NCBI GenBank assembly: GCA_020634245.1
Contig: JACKCC010000021.1
Span: forward strand, 46,932-78,931
Direction: 5' to 3'
Length of the DNA stretch: 32,000 bases
From: Ardenticatenaceae bacterium
Lineage (GTDB): Bacteria; Chloroflexota; Anaerolineae; Promineifilales; Promineifilaceae
Both the position numbers and the translations under genes were made by a program. Numbering within the stretch: position 1 is the first letter of the stretch; the number at the start of each line of letters is the position of its first letter. The notes beneath the pieces are model-generated. The model searched no databases. It had not been told where the DNA came from and was given only the letters and a program-made list of their open reading frames with translations. This document shows, one piece after another, positions 15,725 through 25,126 of the stretch.

Positions 15725-18625
15725 TTAGTCCTCGCGAAAAGTGTTTGTTTTGTCAACGGCCGTTTTGGTGAGGGGCCAAAACAGGCGAAAAGTGCTGCCC
15801 GCTTCCAGTTTGCTTTCAACCTCAATTGTGCCTTTATGTAAATCCAGGATTTCTTTGACGATGGTCAGGCCTAATCCGGTGCCGGGAATGTTTAATTGGG
15901 CGATGTTGTGACCGCGATAAAAGCGTTCAAAAATATGGGGTATTTCGTCGGCGGGAATCCCAATGCCGGTGTCTTTGATTTCCAGGCAGGCGCGGGTGGC
16001 GCTGGCCAGGTAGGTGCGGACGGTTATGGAGCCTTCCAGAGTGAAATCCAGGGCGTTGGTGAGGACGTTGTTGATGGCTTGCAGGAGTTGGTTGCGTTCG
16101 GCGCGGATGGGCGGCAAGTCTGGTTCAGGATGAAAAACGAGGTTGAGATCGGCGGCTTTGGCGCGTTCCTGGTTCATGGCAATGACGATGGCGATGGTGT
16201 CATTGAGGTCAACGGCCGTAAACTGCAAAGACTCTTCGTACAAATTCAGCCGGGAAACGTTGAGGATGTCCTCCGTTAGCCGTACCAACTGGTCGGTTTT
16301 TTGGCGCAAAACGTCCATGTATTTGGCTTTGTTCTCTGCTTTGCCGCGATCCAGTAAATCCATGTACAGGTTCAAGGTGGCTACGGGTGTACGCAGTTCA
16401 TGCGAAATGTCGGAGATGAATTTGGTTTTGAGTTTGTCCAGGTCTTGCAGGCGGGCGTTGGCTTCGGCCAGTTCACGGGTGCGCTGTGTAACCCGTTCTT
16501 CCAGGGTGTCGGTGATGCTGGCGCGTTTGAGGGCATTGGCGGCGATGTCGGCAACGGCCGTTAACAGGCGTACATCGGCTTCGGTAAACAGCCGTCTTTT
16601 GTGCGAACCGATGTGCAGCACACCGATCAAGTCATCCGGCGTTTGCAGCGGCAAAAAGATCGAACTGACGGTTCCCACAAAACTTTCCTCTTCGCCGGGA
16701 GCCATCGATAAAAGCGGGTCGTTAGCCACGTCAGGCGAAAGATAAACCTCGCGGGTAGCCAGAACACGCCCCACAATGCCGTCCCCCGGTGGCTGGCGCA
16801 GCCCTAATTTGTAAAAGCCGGGCGGTTCTGAATACCGGGAAATCAGTTCATCTGTTTCCGGTTCAACCAGGAATAGAACGCCGAAGGTGGCATCAATGGC
16901 GGCCACTGTTTTTTCCATTAAAATGGCCATCATATCAGGTACGGTGCGGGCGGTACGCAAAGAAGTAGAGATTCCGGCCAGTGTTTCCAGCTCAAAAGCG
17001 TGCTGGCGAGTCTCTTCGTAAAGGCGGGCGTTTTCAATGGCAACGGCTGCCTGGGCGGCAAAGGCGCTGGCCAACCGGACGTGTTCCTGGTTATAAAAGC
17101 CGATTTCTCTTTTGTCCAGGGCCAGCATACCGATGATCTGTTGGCCGAAAATGAGGGGAACGCCCAGCCAGGAATGAATGGGTGTTTCGCTAAACGGCGG
17201 CTCTCGGAAACGGCCGTATAAACTTGGCGCATCAGCCAAAATAACCGGTGACCAGGTTTCAATCACTTGCCGGTTAGGGTTGTTGGTCGAGGTCAGGTCA
17301 AACTTTGCTCCCAAGAGCTTGTTCAAGTCGGCAAAACCGTAGCCGCCAATGATTTCAAGAAATGAGCCATTTTTTAACTGCTGGACAGAAGCACTATCAT
17401 ACGGAACTACTTTTTGTAGCTCTTCCAAAATGCTGTCCAGTACGTCTTGTAAAATCAAACTGCTGCTTAATGCCTGGGTAGCCGCTTGTAAGCGTTCGGC
17501 ACGGTCACGCGCCGCCTGTTCTTCCTGAAACAAATAAGCTGTTTGTATAGCCAGGGCACATTGCTGGGCAAAATCTTGCAGTATTTTTAGGTCGTCTGAG
17601 GTGAATGTGCGGATATTTCCGGCGGTTTCCTGGCAGCTTATGACTCCCATCACCTTGTTGGTCAGGGTGATGGGAACCTGGATGACGCTGCCCAGTACGT
17701 TGAAGGAGATACTTTGGGAACGGCCGGGGTATTTATCGTAGTCGGGGACAATCATGGGCTGACCGGTAGCTAAGACGCGCCCGGCCATTCCCTCGCCTAC
17801 CCGAAGCTGTGATCCCACCAGCGGTTCGCCTGGCCCGTGTACGGCCGTCAACGTCAGTGTTAGTTCATCATCATTAACCAGATAAATACTGCCGCCGGGA
17901 ACGCCCAGTAGATTTGCTGCCCGCCTTGCAATAGCTTGCAGCAGCTCGTGTAGATCGCGATGGGAGAGAATATCCAACGAGATTTCTTTTAACGCAGTAA
18001 GCTGATCCGCCCGTTGATTTGACGTATTGAGTAAACCGGTCAATTCTGTCTGCCGTTTCAATTCTAACTGGTGGCGATAGTGGGCGGCCAGAATATTGGC
18101 CGTGCTGGCTGCTAATATCAGGTTAAAAGGGCCAATCAGGATGTCGTAAAGGGGAACGGCCGGGTTGTAGAGTGGCATGGTAAGCATGGCCAGGAGGGAT
18201 ACGGCCGTAAACACAATCGCATATTTTGGCGAAAGAAACAGGCTGCTCAACAGGATAAGCAGAATCAAATAATAAAGCGAAATCAGGTTGTTTGGCGGCT
18301 TACCAATGTAAGCAGCGACCAAAACAGTCGACAGGCCAATAACAGTGGTCAGAATGATTGAAGCCTGGTAGCTTAAAAATCGGCCAAATAAATAGGTGAT
18401 GCCCAAAAAGATAAAACTGGCCAGAGCGGTCAATAAAAAAGGAATCTGGGAAGGAATATTTTCCGGGTGAAGCAAAAAGGGAATAAAAATGCCTAAAGTG
18501 GCAATGGGCATGACCGACAACAGCAGGACAAGAAACAGACGAACCTGGAGACGTTCATTATCGCCTTGAATGTCCATACGTGGCTCCGTAAGACTTTTCC
18601 ACACACTGAGCAGCTTGTCTTTCAT
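15725..18625 (-). CDS. Membrane sensor histidine kinase with multiple GAF domains
   Basis: 966 aa. There are about 6-7 N-terminal TM helices and three GAF-like repeats (for example GGSIYLV...GEGMAGRV and GDGIVGRV). H-box SHELRTPV. HATPase motifs NALDFT, DTGIGI and [12 protein letters not shown]. The stop is 2 nt before the mgsA start. Confidence 0.85.
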   Translation of the reverse strand: MKDKLLSVWKSLTEPRMDIQGDNERLQVRLFLVLLLSVMPIATLGIFIPFLLHPENIPSQIPFLLTALASFIFLGITYLFGRFLSYQASIILTTVIGLSTVLVAAYIGKPPNNLISLYYLILLILLSSLFLSPKYAIVFTAVSLLAMLTMPLYNPAVPLYDILIGPFNLILAASTANILAAHYRHQLELKRQTELTGLLNTSNQRADQLTALKEISLDILSHRDLHELLQAIARRAANLLGVPGGSIYLVNDDELTLTLTAVHGPGEPLVGSQLRVGEGMAGRVLATGQPMIVPDYDKYPGRSQSISFNVLGSVIQVPITLTNKVMGVISCQETAGNIRTFTSDDLKILQDFAQQCALAIQTAYLFQEEQAARDRAERLQAATQALSSSLILQDVLDSILEELQKVVPYDSASVQQLKNGSFLEIIGGYGFADLNKLLGAKFDLTSTNNPNRQVIETWSPVILADAPSLYGRFREPPFSETPIHSWLGVPLIFGQQIIGMLALDKREIGFYNQEHVRLASAFAAQAAVAIENARLYEETRQHAFELETLAGISTSLRTARTVPDMMAILMEKTVAAIDATFGVLFLVEPETDELISRYSEPPGFYKLGLRQPPGDGIVGRVLATREVYLSPDVANDPLLSMAPGEEESFVGTVSSIFLPLQTPDDLIGVLHIGSHKRRLFTEADVRLLTAVADIAANALKRASITDTLEERVTQRTRELAEANARLQDLDKLKTKFISDISHELRTPVATLNLYMDLLDRGKAENKAKYMDVLRQKTDQLVRLTEDILNVSRLNLYEESLQFTAVDLNDTIAIVIAMNQERAKAADLNLVFHPEPDLPPIRAERNQLLQAINNVLTNALDFTLEGSITVRTYLASATRACLEIKDTGIGIPADEIPHIFERFYRGHNIAQLNIPGTGLGLTIVKEILDLHKGTIEVESKLEAGSTFRLFWPLTKTAVDKTNTFRED

Positions 18626-18805
18626 AATAAAGCAGGACCTGTTGTCCTGACTGGAAATTGAACGGCCGTTTGACCCTTTTTTGAGAAATAATCACACATT
18701 CACACAATCATAATACCCGACTTGGGTTGAAAAAAGAAGATAAAACCGGGATTCACTCGTGTGACTTTTGTTCCATCTTTAATGACCATGTTATGATCAG
18801 GGTGC

Positions 18806-19579
18806 ATGTACCCGATTTTAGCCCGTTATGGTCCTTTTTTCTTGTACAGTTTTACTGTTGTATTAAGTATAGGCATTGCTGCTGCATTAGGGTTGGCTGC
18901 TTATCGTGCCCGCCGTTTGAAGGTGGATGCTGCCTGGCTGGATACGTTTTTGGCCGGATTGGCGGCGGCTTTGATCAGCGGCCGTGTGGGGTTTGTCTGG
19001 CTGGAATGGACATATTTTCAGGTACGGCCGTATCAAATATTACAAATCTGGCGTGGCGGGCTGACCTATCATGGGGCGTTGGTCGGTGGCTTGCTGGGGA
19101 TGTGGGTCTGGTGTGCATGGCGTAAACGCCCATTTTTGTGGGACGCTGATTTACTGGCTCCTTCACTGGTTTTACTAAATGCTTTTGGTTGGTTGGCCTG
19201 CTGGTTGGATGGTTGTGGTTACGGCCGTATCGCCCCCGTCGGCAGTATTCTGGCGGCCAATCTCCCCGACAACCTGGGCATTTATGATTGGCGCTACCAG
19301 ACGCAGCTGCTGGGTGTCGGCTTGAGTCTGCTGACTTTTATCCTCATCCTTGTCAGAGCACGCCGTGGCCAGACTTTTACTATTGCGCTGTTGGCCGTCA
19401 GTGTAGGGCGGATTGGTGTTGATTGGCTGCGGGGGAATACGGCCGTTCTCATTCATACCATCCGATTAGACCTGCTCCTGGACACAGCATTAGCGATCCT
19501 TTCCTTGATTCTGTTACAATATTCTCAAATGCAACGAACAAAATCGTCAATCGTCAAACATCAATCGAAAATCAAATGA
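18806..19579 (+). CDS. lgt: Prolipoprotein diacylglyceryl transferase
   Basis: 257 aa polytopic membrane protein. YGPFFLYSFTVVLSIG, GRVGFV, IWRGGLTYHGALVGG and CGYG resemble Lgt. Confidence 0.7.
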   Translation: MYPILARYGPFFLYSFTVVLSIGIAAALGLAAYRARRLKVDAAWLDTFLAGLAAALISGRVGFVWLEWTYFQVRPYQILQIWRGGLTYHGALVGGLLGMWVWCAWRKRPFLWDADLLAPSLVLLNAFGWLACWLDGCGYGRIAPVGSILAANLPDNLGIYDWRYQTQLLGVGLSLLTFILILVRARRGQTFTIALLAVSVGRIGVDWLRGNTAVLIHTIRLDLLLDTALAILSLILLQYSQMQRTKSSIVKHQSKIK

Positions 19580-20424
19580 AATTAAAAGTTGGACTCGCCC
19601 AAATTACCCCCAAACTTGGTGATGTTGCCGCCAATCTAGCCCTGCACCTCAAAACCATCGAAGAAGCGGCCGAAGCCGGTGTAGAACTGCTCATTTTCCC
19701 TGAGTTATCGCTCACCGGTTACCGGCTGCGCGATCTGGCCTTCAGCGTTGCCTTGCAGCCTACCTACAAAGACCCTGTTTTTGCCCAACTGCTCGACGCC
19801 AGCCGCGACATGGACATCGTCGTAGGCTTTGTCGAAGCCGATCAGCGGCAAAAATTCTTTATCGCCAATGCTTATCTTTCGCGGGGTCAGATCGTCCATC
19901 GTCACCGCAAAGTGTACCTGCCCACCTACGGCATGTTCGACGAAGGTCGCTATTTCGCCTGGGGCGACGCCATCCGGGCTTTTGACACCCGTTTTGGCCG
20001 GGTGGGCATGCTCATTTGTGAGGATTTCTGGCACATCAGCCCGCCCTACGTCCTCTGGCTGGATGGAGCCGATATTTTGATTCTAACTTCGGCATCGCCA
20101 GGACACGGACTGGCCACCGAGCAAAAAATTGGCAGCGCCCAATGGGTTGAGCACATTAATCAGGCTTATGCCAGCACCTTTACCAATTTCGTCATTCACA
20201 CCAACCGCACCGGTTTTGAAGATGGGGTCAGTTTTTGGGGCGGCTCGACCGTTTTCGATCCGTCAGGCCGGTTGGTGGCGCAGGCTCCTTATTATGAACC
20301 GGCGCTGGTTACGGCCAAACTGGATTTGAACCAACTACGCCGCACCCGCACCCGGCTGCCTTTGCTGCGTGATGAACGGGTGGGGTTGACGATGCGCGAG
20401 TTGAAACGAATATTGGAAGATTAG
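19576..20424 (+). CDS. Carbon-nitrogen hydrolase (nitrilase superfamily) protein, soluble
   Basis: The ATG at 19576 overlaps the lgt stop as ATGA (19576-19579). Glu-Lys-Cys triad contexts are FPELSLTGY, HRKVYLP and MLICEDFW. It resembles the stand-alone glutaminase-type domain of NAD synthetase. The 51-codon N-terminal extension in the ORF track overlaps lgt and is rejected. Confidence 0.75.
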   Translation: MKLKVGLAQITPKLGDVAANLALHLKTIEEAAEAGVELLIFPELSLTGYRLRDLAFSVALQPTYKDPVFAQLLDASRDMDIVVGFVEADQRQKFFIANAYLSRGQIVHRHRKVYLPTYGMFDEGRYFAWGDAIRAFDTRFGRVGMLICEDFWHISPPYVLWLDGADILILTSASPGHGLATEQKIGSAQWVEHINQAYASTFTNFVIHTNRTGFEDGVSFWGGSTVFDPSGRLVAQAPYYEPALVTAKLDLNQLRRTRTRLPLLRDERVGLTMRELKRILED

Positions 20425-20487
20425 TCAAGTAGTCGTTAGTCTTGTAGTCGAATACTCAGACTACCCGACTACAAGACTACCCGACTG
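20422..20487. repeat. Intercistronic inverted pentamer array C (TAGTC x4, then GACTA x3 + GACTG, period 7-8 nt)
   Basis: TAGTC at 20422 (contains the TAG stop of the hydrolase), 20430, 20437 and 20445. GACTA at 20459, 20467 and 20475; GACTG at 20483. Positions 20437-20450 are the exact reverse complement of 20466-20479 (14 bp). GACTACCCGACT is directly repeated at 20459 and 20475. Confidence 0.7.
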
Positions 20488-20498
20488 GAGCAATGTAG

Positions 20499-21434
20499 AT
20501 GATTGACGATTTTGAACGACTGGACGATGAACCGGAAGGCCATAAATCGGGTTTTGTGACGGTGGTGGGCCGGCCCAATGTGGGCAAAAGTACGCTGATT
20601 AATGTTGTTTTGGGCCAGAAGATTGCCATTGTGACGCCGCGCCCGCAAACGACTCGTGTCCGCCAACTGGGTATTTTGACAGAAGAGAATTATCAAATGG
20701 TGTTTGTGGATACGCCGGGGATTATGCAGCCGCGGCACAAGTTGGATGAGTTTATGGTGGAAACGGCCGTAACCGCCCTAAACGATGCCGATGTGGTCTT
20801 GTGGCTGGTGGACGGCAGCGAAATGCCCGGCCCTGGCGATCAGTCCATCGCCGCCCTGTTTGCCGAACTGGACGAAAATGTGCAAGTTGTGCTGGGTATC
20901 AACAAGGGTGACATGCTGTCGGTTGAGCAGGTTTTGCCCCATACCGAAGCGTATCGTGCCCTGGTCCCCGACGCTAATTGGATTTTGTTTTCGGCGCTGC
21001 GGGGTAACGGCCGTGACGAACTGCTGCAAATGCTGGTCAATGCCCTGCCCGAAGGCCCGCGCTACTTCCCGGCCGATCAGGTCACCGATTTGTACTTGCG
21101 TGACATCGTTGCCGAACTCATCCGCGAGCAGATTATGCTGCAAATGCGCGATGAAGTGCCCTACGGCGTCGCCGTCCAAACCGAGCAGTACAAAGAGCGC
21201 GAGAACGGCGTTACTTACATTGGAGCTAATATTTTTGTGGAGCGTGACAGCCATAAGCGGATTCTGATTGGGGCAAAAGGGGCCCAGCTGCGGCAAATTG
21301 GCGCTGCCGCCCGCCACGAAATCGAAGCATTTCTTGAAGGGAAAGTGTTCCTGGATTTGTGGGTGAAAGTGGAACCCAAATGGCGGCGCAATGAACGCGT
21401 CCTCAAACGGTTTGGCTACAGCAGCGCAGAATAG
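20499..21434 (+). CDS. era: GTPase Era
   Basis: GFVTVVGRPNVGKSTLIN, TTR, DTPGI and NKGD, plus a C-terminal KH domain (VERDSHKRILIGAKGAQLRQIG). GGAG lies 8 nt upstream. Confidence 0.92.
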   Translation: MIDDFERLDDEPEGHKSGFVTVVGRPNVGKSTLINVVLGQKIAIVTPRPQTTRVRQLGILTEENYQMVFVDTPGIMQPRHKLDEFMVETAVTALNDADVVLWLVDGSEMPGPGDQSIAALFAELDENVQVVLGINKGDMLSVEQVLPHTEAYRALVPDANWILFSALRGNGRDELLQMLVNALPEGPRYFPADQVTDLYLRDIVAELIREQIMLQMRDEVPYGVAVQTEQYKERENGVTYIGANIFVERDSHKRILIGAKGAQLRQIGAAARHEIEAFLEGKVFLDLWVKVEPKWRRNERVLKRFGYSSAE

Positions 21435-21545
21435 TTACCGGAGGCCGTCGCGTCTAATCAATGTGCAACGGCACGGCAAATTTGAACGTATTGGGTGCAA
21501 AAATCAGAAGCGTATCGTATTAGGTGTACTGGCAGGAGGTTTTAC

Positions 21546-22568
21546 ATGTCAGCCAAGCAAACCGAAGAATTGGTAAATCGACGCAAGTTTTTGAAAGCCG
21601 CCGCGGTTACGGCCGTTGCCGCTACTGCTACCGGCGCTGGCGCATCCCTGCTTAATTCACAAAAATCAGCGCAGTTACCCGGCCAATCACTAACTGCGAC
21701 CATCCAGAAAAATGGCTCAAACGAGGAGTTAATTACCCAACTGACTGCGCTCCAGGCTGAAAACGCCCGCTTGCAAGCCGATCTGGAACTGGCCAATTAC
21801 CGCCTGAGTGCTCAGGAAACGGCCGTCACCGAAACCGACACGGCTGCGCAAACCATGTCCATAGAACTGGAGGCAGCCAATCAGCAAATTGGCATTCTGG
21901 CTGGACTGGTTGCCCTGTACGAACAACTCGATGATGCCGACGTAATGTCCTTGTTCGAAGAAGGTCTGACGGCTGTCTCTACCGCTATCACCGATGCTGT
22001 GGATGAACTGCCCAGCCTATCCGAAGGAATAGCGCTGGGCCGCCAGATTCTAACTGAGTTGGATGACCAGATTCCATTATTGGCGAACGGCCGTTCCTGG
22101 CTCGAAACCCAAACCGACAAAATGTACCGCTACTATACGGCCGTCGAAGTTTTGTTGGAAACAGCCGTTGAACAGGTTGGCCCATTCCTGCAAATGTTCA
22201 ATGAATGGGTTCAAAAAATCCTCAAATGGCTGCCGTTCAATTTGGGCGAGCGTACCAGCACCATCATGGACGCCCTGACCACGCTGCTGCTAGAAACACC
22301 AACTACCCTTACCGGTCTTTACACCAACGTCACCGAACCACTGGCCGCCTGGGTGGGCGGGCCAGACACCGAAGTGCCATTGCGCCAGAAACTCATCCAA
22401 CCTATGCGGGAACAGATGCTGTCCCAGGCCGACACAGTCGTTGCTAAAACGGTCCAGGTCAAGGTGGTTTATGAAGAAAATATGGTGCGGCAGGTGGAAA
22501 CGGCCGTGATCGCCCGCCGACAAATCCAAAATCTCATCCAATCCTACCGGCAGCAACACCAAATCTAG
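21546..22568 (+). CDS. Hypothetical Tat-signal protein with coiled-coil segment
   Basis: The ATG at 21546 lies 7 nt after AGGAGG (21533-21538). The N-terminus NRRKFLKAAAVTAVAATATGAGA is a twin-arginine signal. LQAENARLQADLELANYRL is coiled-coil-like. No family recognised. Confidence 0.55.
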   Translation: MSAKQTEELVNRRKFLKAAAVTAVAATATGAGASLLNSQKSAQLPGQSLTATIQKNGSNEELITQLTALQAENARLQADLELANYRLSAQETAVTETDTAAQTMSIELEAANQQIGILAGLVALYEQLDDADVMSLFEEGLTAVSTAITDAVDELPSLSEGIALGRQILTELDDQIPLLANGRSWLETQTDKMYRYYTAVEVLLETAVEQVGPFLQMFNEWVQKILKWLPFNLGERTSTIMDALTTLLLETPTTLTGLYTNVTEPLAAWVGGPDTEVPLRQKLIQPMREQMLSQADTVVAKTVQVKVVYEENMVRQVETAVIARRQIQNLIQSYRQQHQI

Positions 22569-22597
22569 AGTAATTTACCTAATTCAAACAAAAAAAG

Positions 22598-22625
22598 TTG
22601 ACGCGTTACAGACAAATGTTATACT
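22598..22625 (+). promoter_or_regulatory. Sigma-70-type promoter for the tRNA-tuf cluster
   Basis: TTGACG (22598-22603), a 16-nt spacer, TGt extended -10, then TATACT (22620-22625). It is preceded by the A-rich tract caaacaaaaaaag and lies about 70 nt upstream of the first tRNA. Confidence 0.5.
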
Positions 22626-22696
22626 TGTCCTTCGGAGTGCTCTACAATGAGCCAGCAATGTGGCGTCTTAACAAAAGTTGAATAGAGACAACACTT

Positions 22697-22769
22697 GCCG
22701 ACGTAGCTCAATTGGCAGAGCAATGCTCTTGTAAAGCATAGGTTATGGGTTCAAGTCCCATCGTCGGCT
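22697..22769 (+). tRNA. tRNA-Thr (anticodon UGU)
   Basis: Hand-folded cloverleaf. Acceptor GCCGACG/CGTCGGC, D stem GCTC/GAGC, anticodon stem ATGCT/AGCAT with loop CTTGTAA, T arm ATGGG-TTCAAGT-CCCAT. 73 nt, no encoded CCA. Confidence 0.9.
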
Positions 22770-22824
22770 CAGGCGAATTCGCCAAATCACACAAAGCACG
22801 GTAACATTTATACATCTTAATTCT

Positions 22825-22908
22825 GGGTCAGTGTCCCGAGTGGCAAAGGGGGCGGACTGTAAATCCGCTGCGCGACGCGCTTCGTAGGTTCGAGTCCTAC
22901 CTGGCCCA
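22825..22908 (+). tRNA. tRNA-Tyr (anticodon GUA), long variable arm
   Basis: Acceptor GGGTCAG/CTGGCCC, anticodon stem GCGGA/TCCGC with loop CTGTAAA, variable arm GCGCG-a-CGCGC, T arm GTAGG-TTCGAGT-CCTAC. 84 nt. Confidence 0.9.
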
Positions 22909-22954
22909 TTTTTTAGGTTTACATCAAACAAATATCCATTGTTTGGATTGAGAT

Positions 22955-23027
22955 GCCCACGTAGCTCAGCCGGCAGAGCACATTCTTGGTAAGAATGAGG
23001 TCATGGGTTCAAGTCCCATCGTGGGCT
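22955..23027 (+). tRNA. tRNA-Thr (anticodon GGU)
   Basis: Acceptor GCCCACG/CGTGGGC, anticodon stem CATTC/GAATG with loop TTGGTAA, T arm ATGGG-TTCAAGT-CCCAT. 73 nt. Confidence 0.9.
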
Positions 23028-23190
23028 TTTTGCCCCGTTTACCCTTATGATTTGCGTAGTGGGTGACGGGGTTTGTTATGATACAGGTTGATAGTTTTAT
23101 TTGTATCAAAATGGGCGGGTATTATCACAAATAATTTCCTCAGGCCTACGAATTTGATACATCCATAACATTGATTGAGGGTTTAGAAAA

Positions 23191-24393
<1,203 letters not shown>

Positions 24394-24412
24394 AAAACAA
24401 TATTTGATTAAA

Positions 24413-24449
24413 AACCTGCTGCAGATTGGCTAAAAATCTGCAGCAGGTT
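24413..24449 (+). terminator. Perfect 15-bp hairpin between tuf and rpmG (partial terminator or processing/stability element)
   Basis: AACCTGCTGCAGATT-ggctaaa-AATCTGCAGCAGGTT. The downstream tract is only GTT, so it is not a classical strong terminator. Confidence 0.4.
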
Positions 24450-24465
24450 GTTAAGGTGTTATATA

Positions 24466-24630
24466 ATGGCAAAGAAAGCAGTTCGTAATCACATTACCTT
24501 GGCTTGCACGGAGTGTAAGGAGCGTAATTATGTTACGGAAAAAAACCGGCGTAATGATACGGCTCGATTGGAATTAAATAAGTATTGCCCACGGTGCCGG
24601 CAGCACAGACTGCATCGAGAGACGCGATAG
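24466..24630 (+). CDS. rpmG: 50S ribosomal protein L33
   Basis: 54 aa [30 protein letters not shown]...[13 protein letters not shown] with a CxxC...CxxC zinc ribbon. AAGGTG lies 7 nt upstream of the ATG at 24466. The track start TTG 24448 lies inside the hairpin. Confidence 0.9.
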   Translation: MAKKAVRNHITLACTECKERNYVTEKNRRNDTARLELNKYCPRCRQHRLHRETR

Positions 24631-24640
24631 TTCGTGGTTT

Positions 24641-24713
24641 AGGGGGTTAGCTCAATTGGCAGAGCGACGGTCTCCAAAACCGTAGGCTGCGGGTTCGATT
24701 CCTGCACCCCCTG
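24641..24713 (+). tRNA. tRNA-Trp (anticodon CCA)
   Basis: Acceptor AGGGGGT/ACCCCCT, anticodon stem ACGGT/ACCGT with loop CTCCAAA, T arm GCGGG-TTCGATT-CCTGC. 73 nt. Confidence 0.9.
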
Positions 24714-24720
24714 TCAGTGT

Positions 24721-24748
24721 CTTCGGGAGGCGTAACAGCCTCCCGAAG
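24721..24748 (+). other. Perfect 11-bp hairpin directly after tRNA-Trp
   Basis: CTTCGGGAGGC-gtaaca-GCCTCCCGAAG, followed by cgtgTTTATAAT. TATAAT at 24755-24760 lies 17 nt after the loop hexamer GTAACA, so a secE-nusG promoter may overlap it. Confidence 0.4.
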
Positions 24749-24775
24749 CGTGTTTATAATCATTTGCTCCATCGT

Positions 24776-25063
24776 ATGTTACGGTGGGAGGAAAGTGCAA
24801 AAGTGACAGAATCTGGTAAGAGAACAGGCTCGGTGAAGAAAGCATCACCGGAAAAGAAACAGGTAAAGCAGCAGAATCCCATTTCTAAGTATTTTCGGGA
24901 AACACGTGGGGAGTTGCGTAAGGTGACCTGGCCATCACGGGAGGAATCCTGGCGACTGACTTATATTGTATTAGGTGTTACCCTGGCAATGTCTGCTTTT
25001 TTGTGGTTGTTTGACACACTGTTTTCAAATTCGATTCAGTTCTTGTTGGAACAGCTAATTTGA
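24776..25063 (+). CDS. secE: Preprotein translocase subunit SecE
   Basis: The conserved SecE core FFRETRGELRKVTWPSREE is followed by a single TM helix (LTYIVLGVTLAMSAFLWLF), in the canonical position before nusG. The start is ambiguous: TTG 24764, ATG 24776, or GTG 24803 lying 11 nt after GGGAGG. Confidence 0.75.
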   Translation: MLRWEESAKVTESGKRTGSVKKASPEKKQVKQQNPISKYFRETRGELRKVTWPSREESWRLTYIVLGVTLAMSAFLWLFDTLFSNSIQFLLEQLI

Positions 25064-25126
25064 TTTGAGATCATAGGATGGCTGGGAAACGGCCGTGTTC
25101 AAAACGGAACGTAAGCGAGAATTGAC

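Noticed and set aside
18806-20424. The idea that lgt plus the coupled C-N hydrolase is a split or novel apolipoprotein N-acyltransferase (Lnt).
   Set aside because: The hydrolase has no transmembrane segments or signal peptide, so it would be cytoplasmic. Its sequence pattern looks like the NadE-type glutaminase domain. It is kept only as a low-interest finding for the coupling itself.
22743-22931. 62-aa minus-strand ORF spanning the tRNA cluster.
   Set aside because: It is made up of tRNA-Thr and tRNA-Tyr antisense sequence, so it is not a gene.
22697-23027. The tRNA cluster as an integration hotspot for a genomic island.
   Set aside because: There is no integrase, no direct repeat of a tRNA 3-prime end, and the flanking genes are core housekeeping genes in conserved order.
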